From an uncultured Erysipelotrichaceae bacterium (GTDB lineage Bacteria; Bacillota_I; Bacilli_A; Erysipelotrichales; Erysipelotrichaceae): a DNA stretch of 48,446 bases. Below the pieces are notes generated by a model. That model ran no database searches. It was not told where the DNA came from and was given only the letters and a program-made list of their open reading frames with translations. A program made the position numbers and the translations under genes. Where the stretch lies: contig CAZQFM010000001.1 in assembly GCA_964592705.1 (NCBI GenBank), forward strand, positions 1 through 48,446. The letters are read 5' to 3'. Within the stretch, counting starts at the first letter, position 1; each line of letters begins with the position of its first letter. Below, one piece after another: positions 6,759-16,610 of this stretch.

Positions 6759-9239
6759 TTATAAATCTAAATTCAATTGTTCATCCACAACACTCTCTTC
6801 AACATCATGATTGGATATTTCTCGATATTCTATTGGTTGTATACCATGTAATACATAACATTCTTTCTTTAATGAAATAGCATTAGAGAATGTTGCGTCT
6901 TTTCCCATGAGTGGAACATCTTTTGCCACAAGTTTTATAACTTCATCTTGAATAATACAAATTTCATCTTGTAAATCACAAATTTGGATATACTTGATTT
7001 GATATGGATTTGATTTTACTTTTTTGCATATCATATTCCCTTTAGTTGGGCGCCCAGTAATATCAATTTCACTTAATTTCATGCGTTTCATAGCACCTGT
7101 TTCACTCATAACGATAAGTTGTCCTTTATCTCCATGATGCATACATGCACTAACAATTTCATCTTGTACCAAATTCATCGCTTTTACACCTTTTGATTTT
7201 GGTGATGTTGTAGGAATGAGAGAAATTGGATAACGTGTTACATATCCATTCTTAGATGCAAGTAAAACTTCATCATATTCATATGCAAGATAGGTACCAA
7301 TAACTTCATCTTGTGCTAGTAAGTTCATATTATTCATTGTTTTATTGTTTCTAGAAACTTCATAATCTTTCACACGTGTTTTCTTAATCATTCCTAGCTT
7401 ACTTACCGTAATCATATAAGCATGTGTATCAAATGTAGAAACAACATAAGCATTCGTGATCTTTTCATCTCCACTAATTTTTATAATGGAATTGATATGA
7501 GATCCTATTTCTTTCCATTTTCCTTCTTCAATCTCATATACAGCAGCATAACCATAAGTTCCACGATTCGTGAAAAATAAAATATTATCTAGCGTATTCA
7601 CTTCACGATATCCAATTAATGCATCGCCTTCTTTAATACCTGTCATTTGATCAGCTGCAGCATAAGACCTCATAGATACACGTTTAAAATATCCATCTCT
7701 TGAAAGTGTAAACATAACTTGCTCACGTTGTATCATGGCTACTTTATCAATAACAATTTCTTCAATATGTTCTTCAATTTTTGTTAAACGATCATTACCA
7801 AAATCTTTTTTAACTTCTTTCAATTCCTTTATAATCACTTTTTTCAATAATTTTTCATCATCTAAAATGTTTTGAAGTTCTGTCATCTGCTGCTTTAAAT
7901 CTTCATATTCTTCTTGTAAAGCTTTTACATCTGTATTCGTTAAACGATATAAACGTAACGTTACAATGGCTTCAGCTTGTGCATCACTAAAGGCAAAAGC
8001 ATCTATTATTTTTGTTTTCGCATCAGCTTTATCACTTGCTGTACGTATTAAATGAATAATCTCATCCAATACTGAAATACATTTAATTAGACCTTCTAAT
8101 ATATGACAACGTTTTCCCATCTTATCTAAGTCAAAACGGCATCTTCTTGTAATAACATCTACACGATGTTGGATAAAAGCATCTAACATTTGTGTAAGAC
8201 CTAATTGCATCGGTCTTTTATTCACAATTGCGACAACATTATAATTATAAGATACTTGTAAATCGGTATTCTTATATAAATAATTCAAAATTAATTGTGC
8301 ATCAGCATCTTTTTTTATATCAACTACAACACGTAAACCATTACGATCAGATTCATCACGAACATCCATGATACCATCAATTTTCTTATTTAGTCGAATA
8401 TCATCGATTTTCTTCACCATATTTGCTTTTACAACTTCATATGGTATTTCATGAACAAGTAATTGTTGATTCGTCTTTGTTTGGACAATCTCCACTTTAC
8501 TACGAATGATAATTTTACCTTTTCCTGTACGATAAGCTTCTTCGATTCCTTCCTTCCCTTGTACAATACCACCTGTTGGGAAATCCGGTCCTTGCATATA
8601 AGCCATTAAGTCCTCTACACCACAATTTGCATGTTGGATACGATAAATAGTCGCATCAATAACTTCACTTAAATTATGAGGTGGAATATTCGTCGCATAA
8701 CCTGCCGCAATACCACTAATTCCATTGACTAACAAATTAGGATAACGTGCTGGTAACACAGTAGGTTCTGTATCTGTATCATCAAAATTCGGTGCAAAAG
8801 CTACCGTATCTTTCTCAATATCCCGTAACAAATTCATGGCAATAGGCGCAAGTCTTGCCTCTGTATAACGCATCGCAGCTGCTGGATCATCATCCATAGA
8901 TCCATTATTTCCATGCATATCAATTTGAGGTTCTCGTGCCTTCCAATTTTGCGACATACGAACCATCGCATCATAAACAGAACTATCACCATGAGGATGA
9001 TAATTACCAATTACTAAACCAACACTTTTAACCGATTTTCGATAAGGTTTATCATGTGTATTCCCATCAGTATACATAGTGTATAAAATACGACGTTGAA
9101 CAGGCTTTAATCCATCACGAGCATCTGGAAGGGCTCTATCTTGTATAATATATTTAGAGTAACGACCAAATCGATCTCCCATAATTTCTTCTAAAGGAGA
9201 AACAATAATTTGTGTATGCTCTTCCACTTGTTTTTTCAT
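6759..9239 (-). CDS. parC: DNA topoisomerase IV subunit A
   Basis: 826-aa GyrA/ParC family protein (...RDGLKPVQRRILY..., catalytic-Tyr region AAMRYTEARL). Called ParC rather than GyrA because of the plsY-parE-parC arrangement typical of Firmicutes. Confidence 0.85.
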   Translation of the reverse strand: MKKQVEEHTQIIVSPLEEIMGDRFGRYSKYIIQDRALPDARDGLKPVQRRILYTMYTDGNTHDKPYRKSVKSVGLVIGNYHPHGDSSVYDAMVRMSQNWKAREPQIDMHGNNGSMDDDPAAAMRYTEARLAPIAMNLLRDIEKDTVAFAPNFDDTDTEPTVLPARYPNLLVNGISGIAAGYATNIPPHNLSEVIDATIYRIQHANCGVEDLMAYMQGPDFPTGGIVQGKEGIEEAYRTGKGKIIIRSKVEIVQTKTNQQLLVHEIPYEVVKANMVKKIDDIRLNKKIDGIMDVRDESDRNGLRVVVDIKKDADAQLILNYLYKNTDLQVSYNYNVVAIVNKRPMQLGLTQMLDAFIQHRVDVITRRCRFDLDKMGKRCHILEGLIKCISVLDEIIHLIRTASDKADAKTKIIDAFAFSDAQAEAIVTLRLYRLTNTDVKALQEEYEDLKQQMTELQNILDDEKLLKKVIIKELKEVKKDFGNDRLTKIEEHIEEIVIDKVAMIQREQVMFTLSRDGYFKRVSMRSYAAADQMTGIKEGDALIGYREVNTLDNILFFTNRGTYGYAAVYEIEEGKWKEIGSHINSIIKISGDEKITNAYVVSTFDTHAYMITVSKLGMIKKTRVKDYEVSRNNKTMNNMNLLAQDEVIGTYLAYEYDEVLLASKNGYVTRYPISLIPTTSPKSKGVKAMNLVQDEIVSACMHHGDKGQLIVMSETGAMKRMKLSEIDITGRPTKGNMICKKVKSNPYQIKYIQICDLQDEICIIQDEVIKLVAKDVPLMGKDATFSNAISLKKECYVLHGIQPIEYREISNHDVEESVVDEQLNLDL

Positions 9240-11170
9240 GATGATTTCACCTCCTCCATATAATTATCTTCTAATGTAAATGATACATGTTCTTCTATCC
9301 AATCACGACGTACATCAGCTTTATCTCCCATCAATACAGAAACTCTACGCTCTGCTAATGCCGCATCATCAATACTTACTTGAATTAGGGTTCTTGTTTC
9401 TGGACACATTGTCGTATCCCATAGCTGATCAGCATTCATCTCACCAAGACCTTTATATCGCTGTAATGTGTATCCTTTCGTAAATTTCTTTTTCACTTCT
9501 TGTAACTCTTCATCACTCCAAGCATACACTACTTCTTTACCTTTGCTTACTTTGTATAATGGAGGTAGTGCAATATATACCATTCCAGCTTTAATTAAAT
9601 CCCTCATATAGCGATAAAAGAATGTTAACAATAATACTTGAATATGAGCACCATCATCATCTGCATCGGTCATTAAAATAACTTTATGATAATTCACATC
9701 TTCCACAGAAAAATTCGCTCCTACACCAGCACCTAAAGCATGGATAATCGTATTTAATTCTTCATTTTTTTCAATATTCGCTATACTTGCTTTCTCTGTA
9801 TTCAACACTTTTCCTCGTAATGGAAGAATCGCTTGATACTTACTATCTCTTCCTTGTTTCGCACTTCCACCGGCTGAATCTCCCTCTACCAAATAGAGTT
9901 CTTTCTTTCTAGCATCTCTTGATTGTGCACTTGCTAGTTTACCAGAAAGTACTTTTTCACTTTTTCCTTTTGTCTTTCCTTTTCTAGCATCTTCTCGTGC
10001 TTTTCTAGCTGCTTCTCGAGCTAAAGAAGCACGTGCCATCTTCTTAATCAATGTCACAGCTAAATCTTTATTTTCTTCTAAAAAGTATGTTAGTTTTTCG
10101 GACACAATATTATCTACAACCGCTTTAGCTTCAATTGTACCTAATTTCCCTTTTGTTTGGCCCTCAAACTGTAATAAATATTCGGGAATCCCTAAAGATA
10201 AGACAAGCGTAAGTCCTTCCCTCACATCGCTTCCTTCAAAGTTTTTATCTTTCTCCTTTAAAAGACCATTTCTTCTTGCATAATCATTAAACACTTTCGT
10301 AAAGGCAGCTCTTGCCCCAGCTTCATGTGTTCCACCATCTTTTGTTCTTACCATATTTACAAATGAAAACATATTTTCTTGATATTCATCTGTATATTGA
10401 AAAGCACATTCCACTTTTATATCATTGATCTCCCCACTAAAGGATACCGGTTTATGAAAGGTTTGTTTATCTTCATGAATGTAGTCAATAAAAGCTTCTA
10501 ATCCATTTTCAAAATGATAAACTTCTTCTTTTTCTTTTCCTTTACGTGTATCCCTTACAATAAGTTTTAACCCTTTTAATAAAAATGCAGATTCTCTTGC
10601 CCTTTCCGCAATTGTCGAAAAGGAAAAGGTCGTTGTTGAAAAAATCGTATCATCAGGCAAAAAACGAACTTTACTACCCGTTTTATTCGTTTTTCCCAAT
10701 TCTTTTAAGGCACCGATTTCACTTCCACCATTGCGAAACTCCATCTGATACATCTTTCCACCAGTACATACACTAACTTCTACCCATTTACACAAAGCAT
10801 TTACAACACTAGCCCCAACACCATGGAGTCCACCTGATGTTTTATATCCTCCATCACTAGAAAATTTACCTCCTGCATGGAGTACAGTAAAAATAACTTG
10901 AAGCGTAGAAACACCACTTGCATGCATCCCTACAGGCATCCCACGCCCCTCATCTTCTATACATATAACACCATGATCTTCAATGGTAATCGTAATAGCT
11001 TTCCCATATCCATTCAGTGCTTCATCTATCGCATTATCTACAATTTCCCAAACTAAATGATGTAATCCTCTTACATCCGTTGAGCCTATATACATACCTG
11101 GACGCTTTCTAACAGCATCCAATCCATCTAATATTTGTATACTACTTGCATCATATGTCTTTTTCGTCAT
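9236..11170 (-). CDS. parE: DNA topoisomerase IV subunit B
   Basis: 644-aa GyrB/ParE GHKL ATPase with a Toprim domain (...LYLVEGDSAGGSAKQGRD..., ...PLRGKVLN...). Overlaps parC by 4 nt. Confidence 0.85.
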   Translation of the reverse strand: MTKKTYDASSIQILDGLDAVRKRPGMYIGSTDVRGLHHLVWEIVDNAIDEALNGYGKAITITIEDHGVICIEDEGRGMPVGMHASGVSTLQVIFTVLHAGGKFSSDGGYKTSGGLHGVGASVVNALCKWVEVSVCTGGKMYQMEFRNGGSEIGALKELGKTNKTGSKVRFLPDDTIFSTTTFSFSTIAERARESAFLLKGLKLIVRDTRKGKEKEEVYHFENGLEAFIDYIHEDKQTFHKPVSFSGEINDIKVECAFQYTDEYQENMFSFVNMVRTKDGGTHEAGARAAFTKVFNDYARRNGLLKEKDKNFEGSDVREGLTLVLSLGIPEYLLQFEGQTKGKLGTIEAKAVVDNIVSEKLTYFLEENKDLAVTLIKKMARASLAREAARKAREDARKGKTKGKSEKVLSGKLASAQSRDARKKELYLVEGDSAGGSAKQGRDSKYQAILPLRGKVLNTEKASIANIEKNEELNTIIHALGAGVGANFSVEDVNYHKVILMTDADDDGAHIQVLLLTFFYRYMRDLIKAGMVYIALPPLYKVSKGKEVVYAWSDEELQEVKKKFTKGYTLQRYKGLGEMNADQLWDTTMCPETRTLIQVSIDDAALAERRVSVLMGDKADVRRDWIEEHVSFTLEDNYMEEVKSS

Positions 11171-11331
11171 ATAGACACCTCACATTTGTTTATTATCTAG
11201 TTATGATACCTCATAATTGCAAGGTTAATATTACCAAATTCTAACTTAATTATCAAGATAACTTTTGCCATACTAATTTCATCTTTTTTAATTTTCATAA
11301 TAATGGTAAAATAAAATATGAGGTGAATAAT

Positions 11332-11931
11332 ATGAACATTTTTTTATATTTATGTATTGGCTATCTATTAGGATCGATTCCTTTTGCCCTTGTTATTGGT
11401 AAAGTCTTTTATCAAACCGATGTAAGAAACCATGGAAGTGGAAATCTAGGAGGTACCAATACCGGTCGTGTATTAGGTAAAAAAGCTGGTCTTGCGGTTA
11501 TCCTTTGTGATGTATTAAAAGTTGTATTAGCAGTTGGTATTGTTGCCTACTTTGATAAAGCTGCAAGTATTTGGGCAGGTCTTGCGGCAGCATTTGGACA
11601 TTGTTACCCTATTTTTGCTAACTTTAAAGGTGGAAAAGCCGTTGCGACAATGTTTGGCTTTCTCTTATCGACAGCTATTTTCACATTCTCTAACATTACT
11701 TATGTACTTATACCATTCCTTACCTTCATTATTCTATTAAAAATATCCAAAATGGTTTCTTTATCGAGTATATGTGCAGCAGCTATTTCTAGTATCTATA
11801 TCCAATTTATGCAAACCAATATCCAGATTAGTATCGCTAGTTGGCTCTTAACGATCCTTGTCATCTATCGCCATCGTTCGAATATCAAACATATAATAGA
11901 AGGAACAGAGCGAAAAATTACATGGATGTAA
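11332..11931 (+). CDS. plsY: Glycerol-3-phosphate acyltransferase PlsY
   Basis: Polytopic membrane protein with the GSGNLGGTN motif. I prefer ATG 11332, which follows AGGTGA at 5-nt spacing, over the ORF-track GTG at 11323. Confidence 0.9.
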   Translation: MNIFLYLCIGYLLGSIPFALVIGKVFYQTDVRNHGSGNLGGTNTGRVLGKKAGLAVILCDVLKVVLAVGIVAYFDKAASIWAGLAAAFGHCYPIFANFKGGKAVATMFGFLLSTAIFTFSNITYVLIPFLTFIILLKISKMVSLSSICAAAISSIYIQFMQTNIQISIASWLLTILVIYRHRSNIKHIIEGTERKITWM

Positions 11932-12025
11932 ATCCCAAACATTTCAAATTAATGTCCTTAATTTTTTATAAAACTTCTCTTTATATCAATTAGGTGTTAG
12001 TAGCTAAGATGCAGTACAAATAACA

Positions 12026-12053
12026 ATGACAAATATATTTATCTTATCATAAT
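12026..12053 (+). promoter_or_regulatory. Candidate sigma-A promoter for the glnN leader (ATGACA-16 nt-CATAAT)
   Basis: ATGACA at 12026..12031 and CATAAT at 12048..12053. This would give a leader of about 150 nt. Confidence 0.35.
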
Positions 12054-12156
12054 CGTACTAGGAGCAGATATTGATGTAGTACTACCTCCAAATTTTATGA
12101 CATAATAAAATCTAGTAACCATTATATTCGTCTACACATATACTAGTATTGACAGC

Positions 12157-12190
12157 AAGGTGCTGTGGAGTGTCCTCAGTACCTTTTTCT
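12157..12190 (+). terminator. Leader terminator/attenuator hairpin immediately upstream of the glnN RBS
   Basis: AAGGTGCTG (12157..12165) pairs with CAGTACCTT (12177..12185), including one G.U pair. An inner GGA/TCC pairing extends the stem. TTTTTCT follows, then AAGGAGGAG and the ATG at 12209. Confidence 0.55.
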
Positions 12191-12208
12191 ATATAAGGAG
12201 GAGCTACT

Positions 12209-14296
12209 ATGAGCAAGATAACGGATGATTTTGCATCTATGGTTTTCCATGATCGTATAATGAAAGAAAAACTTCCTAAAGACATTTACCAAAACTTACA
12301 AAGAGCAATGCATCAAAAGGAACGTTTAGATGAAGATAGTGCCAATGTTATTGCGACAGCTATGAAGAATTGGGCAATTGAAAAAGGGGCTACCCACTAT
12401 ACTCATTGGTTTCAACCTATGACAGGGGTTACAGCAGAAAAACATAATAGTTTTCTATCCCCTGTTCATCATGATCAAGTGATTATGGAATTTGATGGTA
12501 AAGAACTGATTCAAGGAGAATCGGATGCCTCTAGTTTTCCAAGTGGTGGCTTAAGAGCTACGTTTGAGGCAAGAGGATATACAGCATGGGATCCTACTAG
12601 CTATGTATTTATCAAAGATCATGTACTTTGTATTCCTACTATTTTTTGTTCTCATAAGGGAGAATCTCTTGATAAAAAAACACCCTTATTAAAGGCTGAA
12701 GCTGCGATACAGAAACAAGTACAAAGAATCTTAAAACTCTTTCATATAAAAGCACAGCATATTCAAACAATGGTAGGAGCTGAACAAGAATATTTCCTCA
12801 TTGATAAAACATTGTTTCATAAGCGTGAAGATCTACGCTTTTGTGGAAGAACATTATTTGGTTGTAAACCTATGAAAACACAAGAGCTTGATGATCATTA
12901 CTATGGTGTTTTAAAGCCAAGAGTAAAGGACTTCATGAAAGAAGTGAATGAGGAGTTATGGAAACTAGGTATCTTAGCGAAAACACAACATAATGAAGTG
13001 GCGCCAAGTCAACATGAATTAGCTCCTATTCATATGATTAGCAATATCGCAAGTGATCAAAATCAATTAATTATGGAAATATTACAAAAAATAGCAGATA
13101 AGCATCATTTCGTATGTTTACTTCATGAGAAACCATTTGAAGGTTTCAATGGCAGTGGTAAGCATAATAACTGGTCAATCAGCACAGAAGATGGGAAAAA
13201 TTTATTCTCACCTGGAGATACTCCATCCGAAAATGCACAATTTCTTCTCTTTTTATGTGCTGTCATCAAAGCTGTAGATGAACACCAAGACTTATTACGT
13301 CTCAGTGTTGCTTCTGCTGGTAATGATCATCGTTTAGGTGCACAAGAAGCTCCTCCAGCAATCATGTCTATTTTTATCGGAGAAGAATTATATGCTATAT
13401 TAGATGCTATTGAGAAAGATATCCCCTATCAAAACCAAACAAAAAAGGCTATGGAAATTGGAATTGAAAATTTACCTGTCTTTCTTCAAGATACAACGGA
13501 TCGAAATCGAACATCTCCTTTCGCCTTTACAGGTAATAAATTTGAATTTCGTATGCTAGGTTCATCACAAAGTATTGCTAGTGTAAACACGATTTTAAAT
13601 ACGATTGTTGCTGATGCTTTAGATTCCTTTGCGACCATTTTAGAAAATGCTGATGATTTTCAATTAGAGCTACATCAGTTAATTAAAGCCACTATTCGCC
13701 AACATCGACGAATCATATATAATGGAGATAACTATAGCGAACATTGGAAAAAAGAAGCAAAAGAAAGAGGCCTTTTACAACTATCTACAACCCCTGATGC
13801 TTTACAGTATTATATTAGTAAAAAGAATATACACCTCTTTGAAAAACATCAGATTTTCCATGTAAATGAGCTCTTTTCACGTCATGAAATGTTACTCAAA
13901 AAATATGGTAATGTACTTCATATTGAAGCTAAAACCATGTTATACATGATAAAATCCAATATTTTACCTACTCTTCTACAATACCAAAAAGAATTAGCTA
14001 GCACTTGTAATATAAAAAAAGAAGTTCATAAAAAAATAAATATAGATGTAGAAAAAAACTTACTACTATCGCTTAGTGATATTTCACAAAAAATATTTAC
14101 ACAATGTGAACAGCTAACAAAACAATTAGATGAAGCAAATAGCCTTACAAACAGTCAAGAACGTGCTCATTTTTATTGTACACATATGAAACAATCTATG
14201 AGTCATTTACGAGAATGGATTGATTATACAGAACAACAAGTTCCATCTTCTATATGGCCATATCCTACGTATAAAGATTTATTATTTTCAGAATAG
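12209..14296 (+). CDS. glnN: Glutamine synthetase, type III
   Basis: 695 aa. The length and the N-terminus (...ATHYTHWFQPMTG...) are characteristic of GSIII. The catalytic core includes ...QHNEVAPSQHELAP.... Confidence 0.85.
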   Translation: MSKITDDFASMVFHDRIMKEKLPKDIYQNLQRAMHQKERLDEDSANVIATAMKNWAIEKGATHYTHWFQPMTGVTAEKHNSFLSPVHHDQVIMEFDGKELIQGESDASSFPSGGLRATFEARGYTAWDPTSYVFIKDHVLCIPTIFCSHKGESLDKKTPLLKAEAAIQKQVQRILKLFHIKAQHIQTMVGAEQEYFLIDKTLFHKREDLRFCGRTLFGCKPMKTQELDDHYYGVLKPRVKDFMKEVNEELWKLGILAKTQHNEVAPSQHELAPIHMISNIASDQNQLIMEILQKIADKHHFVCLLHEKPFEGFNGSGKHNNWSISTEDGKNLFSPGDTPSENAQFLLFLCAVIKAVDEHQDLLRLSVASAGNDHRLGAQEAPPAIMSIFIGEELYAILDAIEKDIPYQNQTKKAMEIGIENLPVFLQDTTDRNRTSPFAFTGNKFEFRMLGSSQSIASVNTILNTIVADALDSFATILENADDFQLELHQLIKATIRQHRRIIYNGDNYSEHWKKEAKERGLLQLSTTPDALQYYISKKNIHLFEKHQIFHVNELFSRHEMLLKKYGNVLHIEAKTMLYMIKSNILPTLLQYQKELASTCNIKKEVHKKINIDVEKNLLLSLSDISQKIFTQCEQLTKQLDEANSLTNSQERAHFYCTHMKQSMSHLREWIDYTEQQVPSSIWPYPTYKDLLFSE

Positions 14297-14337
14297 TAAA
14301 AGTAGACTTGTACAAATTACACAAGTCTACTCTTTTT
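14297..14337. terminator. Bidirectional intrinsic terminator between convergent glnN and the DUF308-like gene
   Basis: Perfect 11-bp stem: AGTAGACTTGT (14301..14311) with ACAAGTCTACT (14321..14331). A-rich on the 5' side and T-run on the 3' side. Confidence 0.8.
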
Positions 14338-14339
14338 CA

Positions 14340-14960
14340 TTATTCCTTTATTTCATGTTCTATTACATCAACATCGACTACTTCTTGACTAGAAGTGTTG
14401 TTATTAACATATATATTCTCTTGTTTTATGTATCTTGATATGCATAATAACACCCATAGCTCACTCACTCCATTATATAAAAGGGATATTCCAATTACAC
14501 GTATCATTAAGCTTGCAGCAGTAAATGGATTATACAATAAGATAATAGCAATCAGTAAGTTAATCCCTGCCAATACAAGTACAATATTCCATCGAGGATG
14601 TCCTACACTTCGTAATTCTAAAGCATGTTGTAACTTTGTAAAACTCTCTACTACAAACGTTAAACCAATGATAATAGGTAATAATGAAATGATAGATTCA
14701 CTTATAAAGAAAATAAATAAACCTATACTAGATACTATCAAACCAATAATTAAATTCATGTGATATCCACGATCTTGTTCGGCTGTTGAGAAATACATAT
14801 AAATTCTCGATAACCCATAAAATAAAATAACACTCCCTAACATATAACATAAGATTGTTGTTATTTCTAATGGCCATATTGTTAATACCATTCCAAAAAT
14901 AATAAAGATTGCTGATATGATAAAATATCCTTGTTTCATTTCTTTTAATTTTCCGTCCAT
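14340..14960 (-). CDS. HdeD/DUF308-like integral membrane protein
   Basis: 206 aa with six evenly spaced hydrophobic helices showing the paired-repeat pattern typical of DUF308. No other motif found. Confidence 0.5.
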   Translation of the reverse strand: MDGKLKEMKQGYFIISAIFIIFGMVLTIWPLEITTILCYMLGSVILFYGLSRIYMYFSTAEQDRGYHMNLIIGLIVSSIGLFIFFISESIISLLPIIIGLTFVVESFTKLQHALELRSVGHPRWNIVLVLAGINLLIAIILLYNPFTAASLMIRVIGISLLYNGVSELWVLLCISRYIKQENIYVNNNTSSQEVVDVDVIEHEIKE

Positions 14961-15017
14961 ACTTATACCTCACTTTTCTATATTATACCATATAATTTCT
15001 ATATCAAACATACCCTT

Positions 15018-16571
15018 TTATATCACACGCTTTGTCCAATCTTCCAAATTCCAAACTTCATCTACAAGACCTTCATAAAAATCAGGTTCATGTGAAACAA
15101 GAAGTATCGTTCCATGAAACGCTTGGAGAGCACGTTTTAATTCTTCTTTCGCATCCACATCCAAGTGATTCGTAGGCTCATCTAATACTAATACATTACA
15201 TGCTTTATGCATAATCATACATAATCTAACTTTAGCTTGTTCTCCTCCAGATAACACACACATACTAGATTCAATATGATCAGTTGTTAAAGAGCATTTT
15301 GCTAATGCAGCACGAACTTCACCGTTTGTATAACTAGGATAAGCATCCCAAAAAGTATCTAATGCTGATTTAGTAGATGTAGCAGCTTCTTGTTCAAAGA
15401 AACCAATTTCTACAAATGAGTCTATCTCTACTTCTCCACTATAAGATGGAATCATATGTAACAAAGTTTTAAGCAACGTTGTCTTCCCTAAACCATTCAC
15501 ACCTTTTAAGGCAACTTTTTTATTTCTCTCTAAGGATAAAGATAAAGGTGATGTGAGTGGTTCATCATATCCAATCACAAGCTCTTTGGTTTCAAAGATA
15601 ACACGACCTGGAGTTCTACCTTCTTGAAATTGAAAAACAGGTTTTACTTTTGTTTTTGGCTTTGATAACAACTCCATTTTATCTAATTTCTTTTGTCTAG
15701 AAGCAGCTAAGTTTCTAGTCGCTACTCGTGCCTTATTCCTAGCAATAAAGTCTTGTAAATCATCAATTTCTTTTTGTTGACGCTCATATGCGGCTTCCTG
15801 TTGCCTTTTCTTTAATTCATATTGTTGTAAGAAATAATCATAGTCTCCTACATATCTTGTCAATTCACAATTTTCTATATGATAAATAAGATTTGTAACA
15901 TTGTTTAAGAAAGGAATATCATGAGAAACTAAAAGAAAAGCATTTTCATAATTTTTTAAAAATTCAGTAAGCCAAGCAATGTGTCCTTCATCTAAATAAT
16001 TGGTAGGCTCATCTAAAATTAATATCATAGGATTTTGAAGTAGTAATTTACATAATAAAACTTTTGATCGCTGCCCACCAGACAATGCAGTTACTTCTTT
16101 ATCTAAGCCAATATCTAATAATCCTAACCCTTTTGAAACTTCTTGTATTTTCGCATCAATCATATAGAAACCACTATTTTCTAGAATATCTTGAATTTCT
16201 CCAACTTCACGTAGGATTACTTCCATTCTCTCTTCACTACAATCACACATCTCTTCATAATAAGCTAGCATCTCTTTTTCCAAATCAAAAAGATGTAGGA
16301 ATGCATCTTCTAGTACTTGTTTTATCGTTTTTCCTTTTTCTAATACTGTATGTTGGTCTAAATATCCTGTTGTAATGCGATTACACCACTCTACTTTACC
16401 TTGTTCTGGTTCTAGCTTACCAGTAATGATATTTAAAAATGTCGATTTTCCTTCTCCATTTGCCCCAATCAAACCTACATGTTCTTGATTTAATAAACGA
16501 AAAGAGATATTTTCTAATATTTGTCTTCCTCCAAAACTATGTGATACATTAGATACCGTTAAAATACTCAT
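15018..16571 (-). CDS. ABC-F family ATPase (two ABC cassettes, no TM domain)
   Basis: Two Walker A motifs (GANGEGKST, GVNGLGKTT), two LSGG signatures, and a charged inter-domain linker (...KKRQQEAAYERQQKEIDDLQDFIARNKA...). Confidence 0.85.
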   Translation of the reverse strand: MSILTVSNVSHSFGGRQILENISFRLLNQEHVGLIGANGEGKSTFLNIITGKLEPEQGKVEWCNRITTGYLDQHTVLEKGKTIKQVLEDAFLHLFDLEKEMLAYYEEMCDCSEERMEVILREVGEIQDILENSGFYMIDAKIQEVSKGLGLLDIGLDKEVTALSGGQRSKVLLCKLLLQNPMILILDEPTNYLDEGHIAWLTEFLKNYENAFLLVSHDIPFLNNVTNLIYHIENCELTRYVGDYDYFLQQYELKKRQQEAAYERQQKEIDDLQDFIARNKARVATRNLAASRQKKLDKMELLSKPKTKVKPVFQFQEGRTPGRVIFETKELVIGYDEPLTSPLSLSLERNKKVALKGVNGLGKTTLLKTLLHMIPSYSGEVEIDSFVEIGFFEQEAATSTKSALDTFWDAYPSYTNGEVRAALAKCSLTTDHIESSMCVLSGGEQAKVRLCMIMHKACNVLVLDEPTNHLDVDAKEELKRALQAFHGTILLVSHEPDFYEGLVDEVWNLEDWTKRVI

Positions 16572-16610
16572 AAAATCCTTCCTCTCAAAGTTATACAGAA
16601 AGAAAGATGG

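Noticed and set aside
12149-12154. TTGACA hexamer in the glnN leader
   Set aside because: There is no acceptable -10 element at 16-18 nt spacing, and the hexamer overlaps the antiterminator/terminator region.
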